A DNA stretch of 62,997 nucleotides, counting the filler, from Octopus bimaculoides (lineage: Eukaryota): the NCBI RefSeq assembly GCF_001194135.2. It is 6 parts of 6 records of this genome, joined end to end, with 100 filler letters (N's around TTAATTAATTAA, not from the genome) between each part and the next. Parts side by side here need not be neighbours in the genome. Positions count along the whole stretch, not along the records: positions 1 to 5,265 come from NW_026316821.1; positions 5,366 to 21,749 come from NC_068982.1; 4 more parts are not named here. One strand, given 5' to 3'. Both the position numbers and the translations under genes were made by a program. The notes beneath the pieces are model-generated. The model ran no database searches. It was not told the origin of the DNA and was given only the letters and a program-made list of their open reading frames with translations. Positions 1-12,609 of this stretch are shown here, in pieces; position 1 is the stretch's first letter, and each line of letters opens with the position of its first letter.

Positions 1-170
1 ATTCTTTTGTAAGCCTGGCACTTGTTCTGTCGGTTCTCTCTTTTTGCCGAACCGCTAAGTTACGGGGACGTAAACACACCAACATCGGTTGCCAAGCGAT
101 GTTGGGGGGGGGGGGACAAACACAGACACATAAACATATAGACACACACACATACATACATACATAACTC
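1..170 (-). mobile_element. SINE family B (partial)
   Basis: ttattctttgtaagcc...gccgaaccgctaagttacggggacgtaaacacacc, followed by a CA/TA microsatellite. Confidence 0.75.
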
Positions 171-1127
171 TTCGAAAGGCCAGTGTTATAATGGTGGCAG
201 CTGATGAAGGAAATGTTCTCTATGTGGCTTGTGTGTTTTCTGTACCTTGTTTATCATTTTGTCCATGTTTCTTTGCAACGTCATGTACCCAGATGTGCAT
301 CTATATATACATGTAGATGAAGGTATGTACATACATGTACATATATATATATGCATATACTCATATATTATTTATATATATATATATATATTGATAGGAA
401 GGACAACAAAAGAAAGAAAGAGACCTCGATAATATGCAAATAGAGAATTTATCTGTAAAAATGTGACACTTATTCGGTAGCCATGATAAANNNNNNNNNN
501 NNNNNNNNNNNNNNNNNNNNNNNNNNNNNNNNNNNNNNNNNNNNNNNNGCTCAGAGCTGCGGCCATGCTGATGCACCACCGTGTATATATATATATATAT
601 ATATATAATAATAATACAAATGATGTATGGGCATATGCATGTATACATACATATATGTACATACCTACATCTACATGTATATATAGATGCATATCCGGGT
701 ACAGGACGACAGAAAAGGAACGGGAACATAAAGCACAAAAACGGACTTTTTCTTTTACAGACAACAGAATGAACACATAGGAAAACAGATGAGCCACTTA
801 TGGAACTTTTCATTCGTCAGCTCCCTCTATTCTAAACTAGGCGTTTCGAAGATGAGGGTGTAAATGATAGAGTAGTTATGGAGCGAGTTATGCAAATGAG
901 AAATTTGTTTTATTTAATTTCAAGGAAATATTTTCATTTTGAAAATTAGTTTTCCCTTCATTATTTTGTAGAAACATCAAGATACCTGATTAAAGTTAAA
1001 TTATAATTATTGTTGACGCGTAAGCACAAGGTATTTCGTTATGCAACCATAACATGCTACAAAGTATATTAAACGTCTTTATAAGCCAATACCCTGTTCT
1101 GCTGTGTTAGCAGTGCTCTTAAATCAC

Positions 1128-1755
1128 ATGATAAGGTAATCTCTATAGATTTTCTACAGAAATTATAACCAGCAATAATTTTGGGAAATTACCATTTGTA
1201 AGTCTCACAAGGAAATATATGCAGCAACAGTACTTTGGATAAAGATTATTTGCCAACATAACATAGCAGTCCTGGTTTAGGACGAATGTTGCTGTAATTT
1301 AGCCCCAGGAGACATCGTCTCCAGCTGGCTATACGACACGATCTGTGTCCTTATATTTTCAAACAAGGGAATCTAGCACCCCCACTGTATCGCTATTTCC
1401 GGGTTATTTCCCTTCATCAGCACAGAATAATTATTCGGCTAGAGGTGGCGCTGCCAAATTTCCGTTCGAAATATATAGTTTTCGAAAATTACTATTTGTA
1501 AATCTCACAAGGAGATATAATATAAGGTCACAGATCGTGTCGTATAGCCCTGGAGACGATGTCTCCTGGGGTTAAATTACAGCAACATTCGTCCCAAACC
1601 AGGACTGCCATGTTATGTTGGCAAATAATCTTTATTCCAAAGCACTAATTTTGTTATGATGTTTCGTATTCAGGATGGAGACAAAACGTCGCAACAAATC
1701 TGTGCTGGCTATAATATCTATAAAAAGTCTGTAGAGATGACCTTAACATATGCTT
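1128..1755. repeat. Long inverted repeat / foldback (MITE-like)
   Basis: Inner arms about 1229-1358 and 1519-1646 are near-identical reverse complements; weaker outer arms about 1128-1175 and 1700-1755. Confidence 0.8.
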
Positions 1756-2924
1756 ATTGTATATCTGCCATATTTCCTTACCCATGGTGGCAAAAAATAT
1801 ACTTCTAAAGTTAGCCGTCGTCCAATGACGAGTAACACTCAAATGAATTATAGACAGATTAACATTAAACGTCTCTATAGTTTCTGCTTTAACCTTTTAG
1901 CGTTTACTTAAATTGTAACACAGACCACAAGTTTCTTTTAATAGAGTCATCTTCAACGTTAGACCACAAAAGCAAAGACTTACTCGAGAAGTCACGTTGA
2001 TGGAGGAAATATTAACATAATTTACTGTGTTTAAGCCATCGTCTTCTAGAGTTAGAGCTCGACATGTCTGAAACATCTCGACTAGCAGGTAAGCACCAAG
2101 CTTCAACTAGAATGACAAAAAGCTGAATCCTCGTATTCTGACACCGTGATCTCTAAAAGATGCTAGATAGCAGGGGCTCAATTGTGCAGATGCGACAAAA
2201 GCCCTTTTACGCAGCCATTTACGATAAAGCGAGTGATAGATAATATTACAAATAACACTGATCAGAAGATAAAATATAAACCGCTGACTCGTGGATTTCT
2301 TTCAACCATAAAGATGTCCGAAAGAGGAATATTGTGGGAGAGAGTTTTACAGGTTTTCAAGTCACCCTGCTTCTTTACAATCTTCAGATAAAGACTTTGC
2401 ACAGATTTCGTCCATTCTATGAAACTTTGAAGATGATATATTTAAGCTGTACAGTCTATTTTCCCAGACATTGTCCCCAAATTGTTAGAGTATAATGATC
2501 CCATCTTAGAAGTCTAAAAACCGATCATTTCCACCTAATATTGATAGCTCGTTTTCTATCATGTGAAAATGGCAGAAGTCTTACCATAACGAGAATGGTG
2601 TATCTGGATTCCTTCACCAGTTACTGTCCCTTAACCTCGAGGACAGTGTAATGAAATATTAGCAATTGTTATCAACTCAGAGCAGATAGTGGACACCATG
2701 TGTTGGGGAAGATGCCATGCACTTTCCTGAATTGTTTAAAACTGGTCTCGCTTTTCACATTGGCACCAAACTAAACCTTGTAGAATTACAGTTAAGCAGT
2801 CTGATGGCGAAAATTCTTTGGCACTTTGTTTTCCAAAAGTCAAAACGTATGCATACATACATACATACATACATTCATACATACATACATATATACATGC
2901 ATACATGTACGCCTATATGTATAG

Positions 2925-3169
2925 ATGTTTTCTTCTGAATGAACAGCTTTCTGTAAGTCTGGATTTGCCTCCTCTGGGCCGACGTAATACAGTTGAACAT
3001 CCAACACACAAAACAACAGTCTGAGCATGACTAAATACTGTGGTGGTTTTATAACATCCGGGACATTTGACATCCATAAAACAACTGTTCGGAGACTGCG
3101 CAAGTCCTATTAGTTTACATTTTCTCCATTTTCTAAGAAGCGATGCAACAAATCTTTGGCGAGCGGAAT
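2925..3169 (-). pseudogene. RPS27: Processed pseudogene of 40S ribosomal protein S27
   Basis: Intronless. IPLAKDLLH (ATG changed to ATT), then a frameshift, then [58 protein letters not shown]; the normal stop is lost. Confidence 0.92.
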
Positions 3170-3482
3170 GATATTCCGTGGTTAAACCATACAGAAAAGA
3201 AAACGAACCTCCACCAAGTAATCTGTCTATACATCTGTGCACACCTTTCAATACCGGATATGCCATAAGGTCGGCAATTCTAATGGAGCCTCAAAAGACA
3301 TTTTAAGATACGCAAAGATCAGAACTTAACTGCAGCTCTTGGTGGTCGAAATCGGATATGCAGTCTATGCGGGTGTCTTTTCAAAACATTGTCTTGCTTA
3401 AAAACTCACATCAGACGCCATGATGAATCAAAGATGTAAGCACAAGAGGTGCTCAAACTCTGCACAAGGAGTAGACAACAAC

Positions 3483-3522
<40 letters not shown>

Positions 3523-3810
3523 TGTGTGTGTGTGTGTGTGTGTGTACATGTTACATATAAGATATATATTTGATACGATAGTCAATTACTGTGAAGAGCA
3601 CTCCATTTCAAAACTAAAACCGATTCTAAACTAATTAAGTAATATATCAGGAATGAAACCAGATTCAAGGTTCTCGCTATAATGACCGAGATGGACATGT
3701 CCAGTCAGTTCAACACATTTACTTACACCGAGTCGAGCAAATAAACCACTTGATGCGTAGTTTCTTATCAAACACGTCGCAAGTTATATTGTAATATTTC
3801 CAAGTGTCTA

Positions 3811-4415
3811 AGGAGGCGAGTTGGCAGAAACGTTAGCACGCCGGGCGAAATGCTTAAGAGTATCTCGTCTGTCATTACGTTCTGAGTTCAAATTTCGCCG
3901 AGGTTGACTTTGCCTTTCATCCTGTTACGTATTGGGGTCGATCTAATCGACTGGCACTCTCGGGCCTTGTGCCCAGAGTAGAAAAGAATATATTAGTTAT
4001 TAAAAGCGGCGAGCTGGCAGAATGGTTAGCACGCCGGGCGAAATGCTTAGCGGTATTTCGTCTGCCGTTACGTTCTGAGTTCAAATTCCACCGAGGTCGA
4101 CTTTGCCCTTCATCCTTTCGGGGTCGATTAAATAAGTACCAATTACGCGCTGGGGTCGATATAATCGACTTAATCCGTTTGTCTGTCCTTGTGTGTCCCC
4201 TCCATGTTTAGCCCCTTATGGGCAATAAAGAAATAAGAAACGCTAACACACCGGGCGAAATACTTAACGGTATTTCGTCTGCCGCTACGTTCTGAGTTCA
4301 AATTCCGCCGAGGTCGACTTTGCCTATCATCCTTTCGGGGTCCTTAAAATAAATACCAGTTATGTACTAGGGTCGATTTAATCGACTGGCTCCCCCCCCT
4401 CACCAAAAAACTTTC
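3811..4415 (+). mobile_element. Three head-to-tail copies of tRNA-derived SINE family A
   Basis: Consensus ggcgagctggcagaatcgttagcacgccgggcgaaatgcttagcggtatttcgtc...gttcaaattccgccgaggtcgactttgcctttcatcctttcggggtcgat; copies start at about 3811, 4005 and 4237. Confidence 0.85.
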
Positions 4416-4728
4416 GGGACACATTTCCATGTATCTTTCAAAATTTAGTGTCATAACGTTAAGGGGCCGTGTAGTAAGCCCAACCTAGCGCAGGGTCCAC
4501 TTCAGAAAATATTATTAAAGAAAGCCAAACGACACACAACTCGCTCATATCTATGACATTTAACATAAACCAAACAGCATGACATAATGAAGATACGCAT
4601 CACTGAACATGTCATGACTTTCAGGTCGATTTCTTTCAATGATTTCAACATAAAACGTTCGTTTCACGTTGGCGATACGTTTTGCTTTCCTTTTTCCTCT
4701 CGCTTTTTCTTCTTAGTCTTCCCCTATT

Positions 4729-4763
<35 letters not shown>

Positions 4764-4990
4764 AATCGCGCGCGCACACACGCATACATGCATGCATACT
4801 CAATCTCTCTCTCTTTTTTACTCTCTGTCTCCTTTTCTCTCTTACTCTGTCTCTCTCTCTCTGTCTCTCTCTCTTTTTTTACGGTAAGTGGTGGCAGTCA
4901 CTGGCGTATGGATGAGAGACAACGGTGAGGTAGATAGATAGATAAACAGATACAACACAGACTTTCATGCATATCTATCTATCTATCTAT

Positions 4991-5265
4991 CTAGGAGACA
5001 CTTAAACAATACGAAACGGTGACAGGAGCAAAAATTAACCCGGAAAAGTCAGTGGGTTTGTTACTCGGCACCTGGAGAAGCAAGCCCATACCGTCCAACA
5101 GTGACTCCGTAGTGGGACGCTGGACGGACGGACCGGTTAAACTGCTCGGGGTCTGGTTCAGTCCGGACCTCCAAATGGATACGAACTGGGACGAGATCAC
5201 CAGTAGAGTGATCAAACTCAGCCAAACAAGGGCTGAGAGAAAGTTATCTCTAAAAATCCGGGCGG
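4991..5265 (+). mobile_element. Non-LTR retrotransposon (L1/Tx1-like) ORF2 fragment, C-terminal part of RT
   Basis: YETVTGAKINPEKSVGLLLGTW...VKLLGVWF...NWDEITSRV...RKLSLKIRA fits the GAKINxxKS / LGV / NW / RxLSLxGR pattern of L1/Tx1 ORF2; cut by a gap. Confidence 0.75.
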
Positions 5266-5309
5266 NNNNNNNNNNNNNNNNNNNNNNNNNNNNNNNNNNN
5301 NNNNNNNNN

Positions 5310-5322
5310 TTAATTAATTAAN
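5310..5322. other. Assembly spacer TTAATTAATTAA inside N runs (also about 21795, 48966, 60305, 61881)
   Basis: The same 12-mer sits between N runs five times; it is an artefact, not biology. Confidence 0.9.
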
Positions 5323-5365
5323 NNNNNNNNNNNNNNNNNNNNNNNNNNNNNNNNNNNNNNNNNNN

Positions 5366-5402
<37 letters not shown>

Positions 5403-7040
5403 GTGTGTGTGTGTATTAGAGATGAAAAGAGAAGACGGAATATACTAAGAAAAAAAGTTATATCACTACAACAACTGTTCCATCTTCAAGATGCGCTGCT
5501 CCCTTCTGAGCATAGAACAATGTCATGACACCAGATGCAACTCACGAATTTATGATTGTGAGCTAAATGTTCCAAACACTAACCCACACGCCTTCACTAC
5601 CGTCCTAGATAATCATGACTTTGTCCTTATATTCTGTTTTTTTTTATGTGTGTTGAACACACCACCACCTACGATACATGGTTAAATGTCTGACCTTACA
5701 CAATGTTTCTCTTGGAGACGTCCACACCATTCCACACATGCACTAAGTTATAGGATACTGCTTCCCTTACCATAAAGCTTTCAATTGGAAACATATCAAC
5801 GAATAAGGACCTAAGTCCATCAACACCTAAAGACTCGCAACACCAGAACTTTAATTCATGACTACCTACATACCAACATCAATAGCGGCTCCTCTGAGAA
5901 ACTACATAATCGGACTCCCTGATCTTCACCTTTGTTAAATGCATATACTATTTACATGATTAATACTCTTTATTAATTCACTTACATAACGTGTGTATCG
6001 GTGTAATTGTATATTCGTGTTCGTGTATGCGCTTTTCGTGTGCTTGTGTGTATGTGTGTGCGTGTTTGTTTGTGTTCTTTTGTTTTACATTTCGAATTGT
6101 CTGGTTACTTACGTCAAATTCGTATTGTGGCTTAAACGTCTAAGCTATCAGCTGTATCTCTGCTCCTTTTTCCCCTTCAGTGGGTAGCTGGTGATTGACT
6201 ACCTTGAACAGAAAATCTGATGCAAGGAATTATTTTGATCTACACAAAGTGTAACTCTTAGCATTTCGAAATTCAAATGTATGTAATCTATCAAATAATG
6301 CCCCAATTAACTGATAAAATATTATTCTTTTACGAATTGGCATGCTTTCAGTTGTATAATTTTGGGACTATAGAAAATAAATAAAATATTTTAAATGCAT
6401 TAATGACTAGTTTCTGTTGGGAAATGTTTGCTTTTTTCCTTGGACATTATGGAATCGATAGTGATATTTATTAGATCACTAAAAATGTAATTTGTGCAAG
6501 TGCCTGTCTGATCTCCAGTTTCGTTTAGTTATGCATATACATGTGTTAATATATGTATGTAATTGCATGGATAACTGAGCCTTAGAATTCATTTAAATAC
6601 ATATTCTTTTAGAGACAAATAATGTATTAAAATATGCGAGGTATTTAATGCTTCTGTGAGTCTGATATCATTTACAGAGCTATTATTTATGTAAAGCGGA
6701 AAAGTCGTCATCATTTTGTACAAAAGAACTCTGCAAAAGTCTATGACCTTCAATAAAATGCTTGTAAATAGGAAGTGAGTAACGACACTTGATGATACAA
6801 AGAGAAATCTGAACCTTGCGGCTGTGTGCACCTGTAAACATATACATGCGCAGCAGTTTGTAAGTTCACATTTAACGTAAAACATTTAATTTTCCTTTAT
6901 ACTTGTAACAACGTGACATGTAAGATGTATCGTAGAGAGTGTAAATTATCATTGAAACATTACACAGAACTGCTGAAATAAAATGAGCTGAGATATATGG
7001 TATAGAGTTCATGTGTCTTTCTCCCCATCCCTCTCTCCCG

Positions 7041-7088
<48 letters not shown>

Positions 7089-7476
7089 NNNNNNNNNNNN
7101 NNNNNNNNNNNNNNNNNNNNNNNNNNNNNNNNNNNNNNNNNNNNNNNNNNNNNNNNNNNNNNNNNNNNNNNNNNNNNNNNNNNNNNNNNNNNNNNNNNNN
7201 NNNNNNNNNNNNNNNNNNNNNNNNNNNNNNNNNNNNNNNNNNNNNNNNNNNNNNNNNNNNNNNNNNNNNNNNNNNNNNNNNNNNNNNNNNNNNNNNNNNN
7301 NNNNNNNNNNNNNNNNNNNNNNNNNNNNNNNNNNNNNNNNNNNNNNNNNNNNNNNNNNNNNNNNNNNNNNNNNNNNNNNNNNNNNNNNNNNNNNNNNNNN
7401 NNNNNNNNNNNNNNNNNNNNNNNNNNNNNNNNNNNNNNNNNNNNNNNNNNNNNNNNNNNNNNNNNNNNNNNNNNNN

Positions 7477-7519
<43 letters not shown>

Positions 7520-7521
<2 letters not shown>

Positions 7522-9480
7522 AATCAAGAGTTGAGTGGCGTAATCCGAATAAACAGGAACCGGTATCTCCAAAGGAACTGGTATATCCAGGAATTGGTAT
7601 CTCCAAATGGGAACTGGTATATCCAGGAATAGGTATCTCGAAGATCAGTTAGAAGTCACCAAGGAAGGCTCTAGTTCTATCTTTTTGATATTGGAATTGA
7701 ACATGTGAGGTGAAAGGATGAAGCCAATTTGGTTTTGATCCTTTCCGCTAGGTGCATCTCATGTTGTTCTGCACGATTTCTTGGATGAGATCAGTGTTTT
7801 TGCTAAGGCCAGCTTGTGCTTCCTTGCAGATACAGGGAGTTGCATTTCACGATCGTTGGCTTCTCCGATCCCGAATCGTTCCACTGTCGAAACCCTTTGG
7901 TCATATACATCCGGGCTTATTTGGGCGTTCCAATCTCAATTAGACAATGAGATTTTTTTGAGGAGTTGTCGAGGTGATTTTCTCCAGGATGTTGGCCGTA
8001 ATCGCAGTAACATCGGGTGTGTTTAGTGGCATATTCGCCGAAGTTATCGGCTCTACTCTGATCGACCATTGATTTTTGGGATAAGGCTGGGATAAAGCTT
8101 CTTTGATATGGAGATATCTTGCGATCTTCTCCCAGGTCAATATGTAGACGTTTATCTTTTTGGTGTTGCTGCGTTTTTAAAAGTGTTTGCGGAAGGAAGA
8201 AGCATCGATAGTGTTCTGCTTCAGTCGGACTTGGAGAGGTTGGACCATGCTACCATAATAGCTGTAGTACTTAGTGACTGTATCTGGTGTATTACGTATG
8301 TTGATAGGCACATGTTCGTTTTGCGAATTGGGCAATTTGCCAGTGTGCAGGCAGATGTCCAGACTCTGATCAGCTCATTGACAGGTGTTTACGTAGGGAC
8401 GTTCACAAATGGGTCACTAGGATGTTCAGACATTCCCCGCGAATGGCCTCATGGATGACGAAGCTGGTCTTCTCATTAATGTTGGGAATTTTCAGGAAGC
8501 ACCTTTTCGAGAAATTATTCTTACCACGTTTATTTGGCTTGTGTTCGCATAGGGAGTTTGTAACTGACGGTGGGTATACGCTGGAACCAAATACTATAAG
8601 AAACTGCTCAACCTGTGCGTCCTGGCTTGTGTTGTCATTGCATTTCTTGTATAACTTTTATTAGCTCTAATGGGGACTTGTAAAAGATGAAGAAGACTTG
8701 GTAGGTTGATTTTCGGTGGACCATCTCGTCAGCTTTTCCCTTGTCCTGATGCTTAGCCGAAAGTTATGCAAACAGAGGAATCAATCACTGTTTCGATGTT
8801 TGATGGTGAAATCGATGGTGAAGTTGATGTGCCACCGCCTTCCTCAACGCAACCGCTATGCAACCAATTGCACCAGCATTTTGGAAGTTGCTGCTGCTGC
8901 TGCTGCTCGCTCAATCACCGGGCTATCGAAAATAGCAGGATATATGTACACACACATCTCTCTAACTGTATTCTCTTGAAGACAGGCCTTTGCACCCGAA
9001 ATATAAAGGATTTTCTAAACTTCATGCATTATTAGAAGATTTCCTTATTTCTCAGTTCATTCATTTTCTGCTCTTGCATATACAGTTTGCAACCATATCA
9101 TGTCTAAGGGGTCGACAGTATATTGTAGACATTTTGGGGAAGCTGTTGACGATACATTCGCTACCCCACTCACTAGTTCTTTTCACTGATATTTTCTGTC
9201 ACAACGTGGCGGGGGTTGATGACATCTTTGCCTCTCATGTACATCAGATATTTAGTAGCTATCTCTTATTTCTGCATGTAAATGTATTTTCGAATGTTCT
9301 GGGCGGCTACTCTTCCTGCCAATGCTGCTGTTATCCTGCATCTTGCGGGATATTGTGTGCATTGCTTTCTGCTTGTACGATGATTGCTTTTTCTCCAAGG
9401 TTCTGATTAAGTAGGTCAACCCAGCTTCCCTTGGGTCATGTGAGAAAGTTGCACACTCTGAATACCTGCACATGTCTTAT
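7520..9480 (-). mobile_element. Degenerate GC-richer retroelement-like remnant (possible ORF1/gag with decayed zinc knuckle)
   Basis: GC higher than the flanks; broken minus-strand frames; ESGHLPAH resembles the GH part of a CCHC knuckle; short tandem repeat near 7560-7640. Class not established. Confidence 0.3.
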
Positions 9481-10720
9481 TGAAATGTTGTTCTTATTCT
9501 GCAGTGCTGAAAATTCTATCGTTCTTTTGCAGTGCACATATAATGTATATGTTTATTATTCTATGTTCAGCAGGTGTTATCTGAGTAAAACAATACGACA
9601 CTCGAAGGCCGTCGTATGCATTATTGTATTAATTTTCAACCAGACTATTCTTTTTGAGTGTCTATCTGTAAAGGCTTTTAGAAATAAAATATACTTCGGC
9701 AGCATTTATTTGAAGCGCTTATACCAACAGATCAATATCAGGTGTTGTTATTAATATATTTTCCTTTATAGAGGACGCATGAAATGGCGAGGAAGAATGG
9801 CATTGGAAACAAATTGAAGTGCTTTGATCAGAGGTAATTTGTACAGTAAATTGTTTGATGTGAAGTTTTAAGTGTCTAAAGATTTCAGTTTACGCGGTCA
9901 ACAAAATATTCAAAACAATGAATAGTACAGTGACAAATGATTCCCTAATCAGGATTGTAATACTTCTATTCACTGAACTAACTGGTTACGAGCAGATAGC
10001 CAAATGCTATTTTCTCTTGCAAAATGTGTATTTAAATCTCTATTTTTAATGATACGTTGACAAAAATGTTTTGCTGCGAATTGTATATGTCTTTATTATA
10101 AAATGCGTTGAAGAATTTTCAAATACGAAAATCAAAAATATGTTTTGCTGACCTTAATAAATTTACATCCCGGTAATGTCAATGACATTTTTCTCACATC
10201 TCATATATCATTCTTTATATAACTTTTGAAAAGTTCAACTTGGAACTTTACCATGTAAATCTGTAATGTATTTTTTCCACTCATTCTCACGTTACCCGTA
10301 ACTTGGTTTCCTTTTTAATTCATATACTGAATGAACTATCTCACGTAAAGCTCATTCTTCACAACTGTAAAATTCTTTTCCATAGCTGTCATTTCACAAT
10401 CCTTATACGCATATAACTACTGCATTTGGTGGCATATAACCGCCCCCCATGTCCCAAAATCACAACGGATTCGATATACGATGTTGTGCCAATATTACAT
10501 GTTTCAATGAACTAAATCCCTTTTTCCTTGAATATATGCTGCTGAGAGTGAGGTGCATCAAATATGCCTATGTATCTATTACGCCATCAAATATGGTAGT
10601 CTATTGTTGGTTGGGAGACCTTCAAATTAATTACGACCAAGTGAAATGAAACACGATGACCTGATTATATATTCGAAAAATTAAACAAAATATGAACTCG
10701 AAATAATAGTTTACAATTCC

Positions 10721-10726
10721 TTTATT
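10721..10726 (-). terminator. Polyadenylation signal AATAAA of the secreted-protein gene
   Basis: AATAAA on the minus strand about 40 nt after the stop codon. Confidence 0.6.
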
Positions 10727-10764
10727 TCAATCGATGACCAACAATAAAGAGTATACACAATAAT

Positions 10765-10965
10765 TTAAAAGAAACTTTCAGGTTCAAACATTTCTTGGGC
10801 GGCTTTCATAGCCTTTTCTTTAACATCGGCTCTCAATCTGTTCAATACAGTTGGATTGGGTCTGAAGACCTTTGATTCATACAATCCTCGGATTCCACTG
10901 GCATCTTTTTGAACAAATAATACACGGTTGCTTCTCCTGTAGGCGAACAACTGGATACGGAAGAG
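10765..10965 (-). CDS. Exon 5 (terminal) of secreted protein (LFRIQLFAYRRSNRVLFVQKDASGIRGLYESKVF...EPESFF*)
   Basis: Acceptor ttcgcttcag|, 201 nt ending in TAA; the five exons total 864 nt = 287 aa plus stop. Confidence 0.9.
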   Translation of the reverse strand, partial: LFRIQLFAYRRSNRVLFVQKDASGIRGLYESKVFRPNPTVLNRLRADVKEKAMKAAQEMFEPESFF

Positions 10966-11426
10966 CTGAAGCGAATTAAAAATAGGAATTATATTTTTGG
11001 CTTTTAATATCTGCTATTATTGCAAGATATTCTGTTAGTGTTATTGCTTTCTCATCGCGTCTAGAATTGGCAATAGCAGTGTAAAGAGCTCGGTTCTTCT
11101 TTATAAACTGTTTTTTCTAACTTTTACTAGTAATCAGTAATAAGTATTAAACATGTTTACGAATCCAAACTAACTTTTTCCGAGACTAAATGATATAGTG
11201 TTTAGGAGCATTATTCTCGAAGATCATCGTAAATATACTTATGACATTTGCTGTCGACCATTAAAGATTGAAAACAAGAAATATCATCACGTTAAATATT
11301 CATGAAATATATAGTTTTAAAGTGAATTAAGTTGGTCAAAGAACGGGTCCATATAGTTGGCGTTTGTTACATGAAAATAAAATATTATTTTCGTCGAATT
11401 CTACATAATGAAGATATGAAACTTAC

Positions 11427-11648
11427 CTTGAAGAAAGGATGTTCTGGATCAGGGTATCGGATGACTCCTACATCGACAACACTACGTTCCGCATAATCGT
11501 TTTTAATGATAAGTGATTCCAAATTGTCAACAGTTGCACCGGTGAGACCCACAATGTTTCCAAAATCAACGATATCAATTCTGGTGGCAGCCAAAATATC
11601 GGCGTCTTTGATGAGATCATTTGCAAACCATTCAGCTACTGCATCAAC
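11427..11648 (-). CDS. Exon 4 of secreted protein (VDAVAEWFANDLIKDADILAATRIDIV...VDVGVIRYPDPEHPFFK)
   Basis: Acceptor ttcttctctaag|, 222 nt, donor |gtaagt, phase 0-0; overlaps ORF 11385..11693. Confidence 0.9.
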
Positions 11649-11956
11649 CTTAGAGAAGAAATGAGAGACGGAATTGACAACAATATATACCAAATTATTA
11701 GCACTTAACTCGATTTGGCGTTCCGAGTGACATAATTTACAAATTTAAAGCAATGAAAAATAAACTGCAAATTAATTTCTAAAGTTTCTAATGGATACGC
11801 GTTAGGCATCAACCCTAATTACCTCTCTGTACATTATATTGTTATTAAATAGTCCTGAAGTTTTGCCTCCTTCTATACTCAATAAGGCATTATAGAATAT
11901 AGTTGAGCATACATGAATACGTGATTTTTGTTGCTAAAATTTTGGCTAGGTAATAT

Positions 11957-12165
11957 ATTCTTTTCTACTCTAGACACAAGTCCCGAAATCTTGGGGTAGG
12001 GCTAGTCAATTACACCGAACTGAGTACGCAACTTAATTCATCGCCCTCAAAAGGATGAAATGTAAAGTCGACCTCGGTGGAATTTGAACTCTGAACGTAA
12101 AGACAGACGAAATACCACTAAGCATTTCACCCGGCATGCTAACGTTTCTGCCAGCTTGTCACCTT
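11957..12165 (-). mobile_element. SINE family A (intronic)
   Basis: Reverse complement of the family A consensus. Confidence 0.8.
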
Positions 12166-12384
12166 GGCTAGACAATATATGACATCACACAAAGCATTAG
12201 CGGGTACATAGCTACATTTCTGAGATCGCATCCCATCAGTTACTATTTTAGATCTGTACCCAAAAAGAGATATTTTGATTTCACATGCCAACAATATTCA
12301 AACTATTATTTCTAGATAAGAGACTTCTCCAACAGTGGAAAATAAATTCGCTTCTTGTCAAAGTAATACTAAATAAAGAAATTA

Positions 12385-12517
12385 TTCTTTTCTACTCTAG
12401 ACACAAGGCCCGATATTTCGGGGTAGAAGACCAGCCGATTAGATCGACACCAGTACGCAGGTGGTACTTAATTTATCGACCCCGAAAGGATGAAAGGCAA
12501 GTCGACCTCGGAACCAA
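12385..12517 (-). mobile_element. SINE family A, 3' part (intronic)
   Basis: Reverse complement of the family A 3' half. Confidence 0.75.
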
Positions 12518-12569
12518 GGTGAAGAAAAAAAGAGATGTCGAAATATCGTTCACTTGATGACAATGGCAC

Positions 12570-12609
<40 letters not shown>

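Noticed and set aside
1900-2800. Possible decayed retroelement or integrase sequence
   Set aside because: No frame gave a recognisable motif.
2913-3266. 117-aa ORF as a functional RPS27 gene
   Set aside because: The true start codon is mutated, there is a frameshift, the stop is lost and there are no introns, so it is a processed pseudogene.
3811-3900. tRNA genes
   Set aside because: The A/B-box-like heads belong to SINEs and continue into SINE bodies; I saw no standalone cloverleaf.
5310-5322. Recurrent TTAATTAATTAA motif
   Set aside because: It always sits inside N runs, so it is a scaffolding spacer.
6872-7652. Long ORFs with X runs and IY/HT/CV/LS dipeptide repeats (here and at the other gaps)
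   Set aside because: Artefacts of N gaps and dinucleotide microsatellites.
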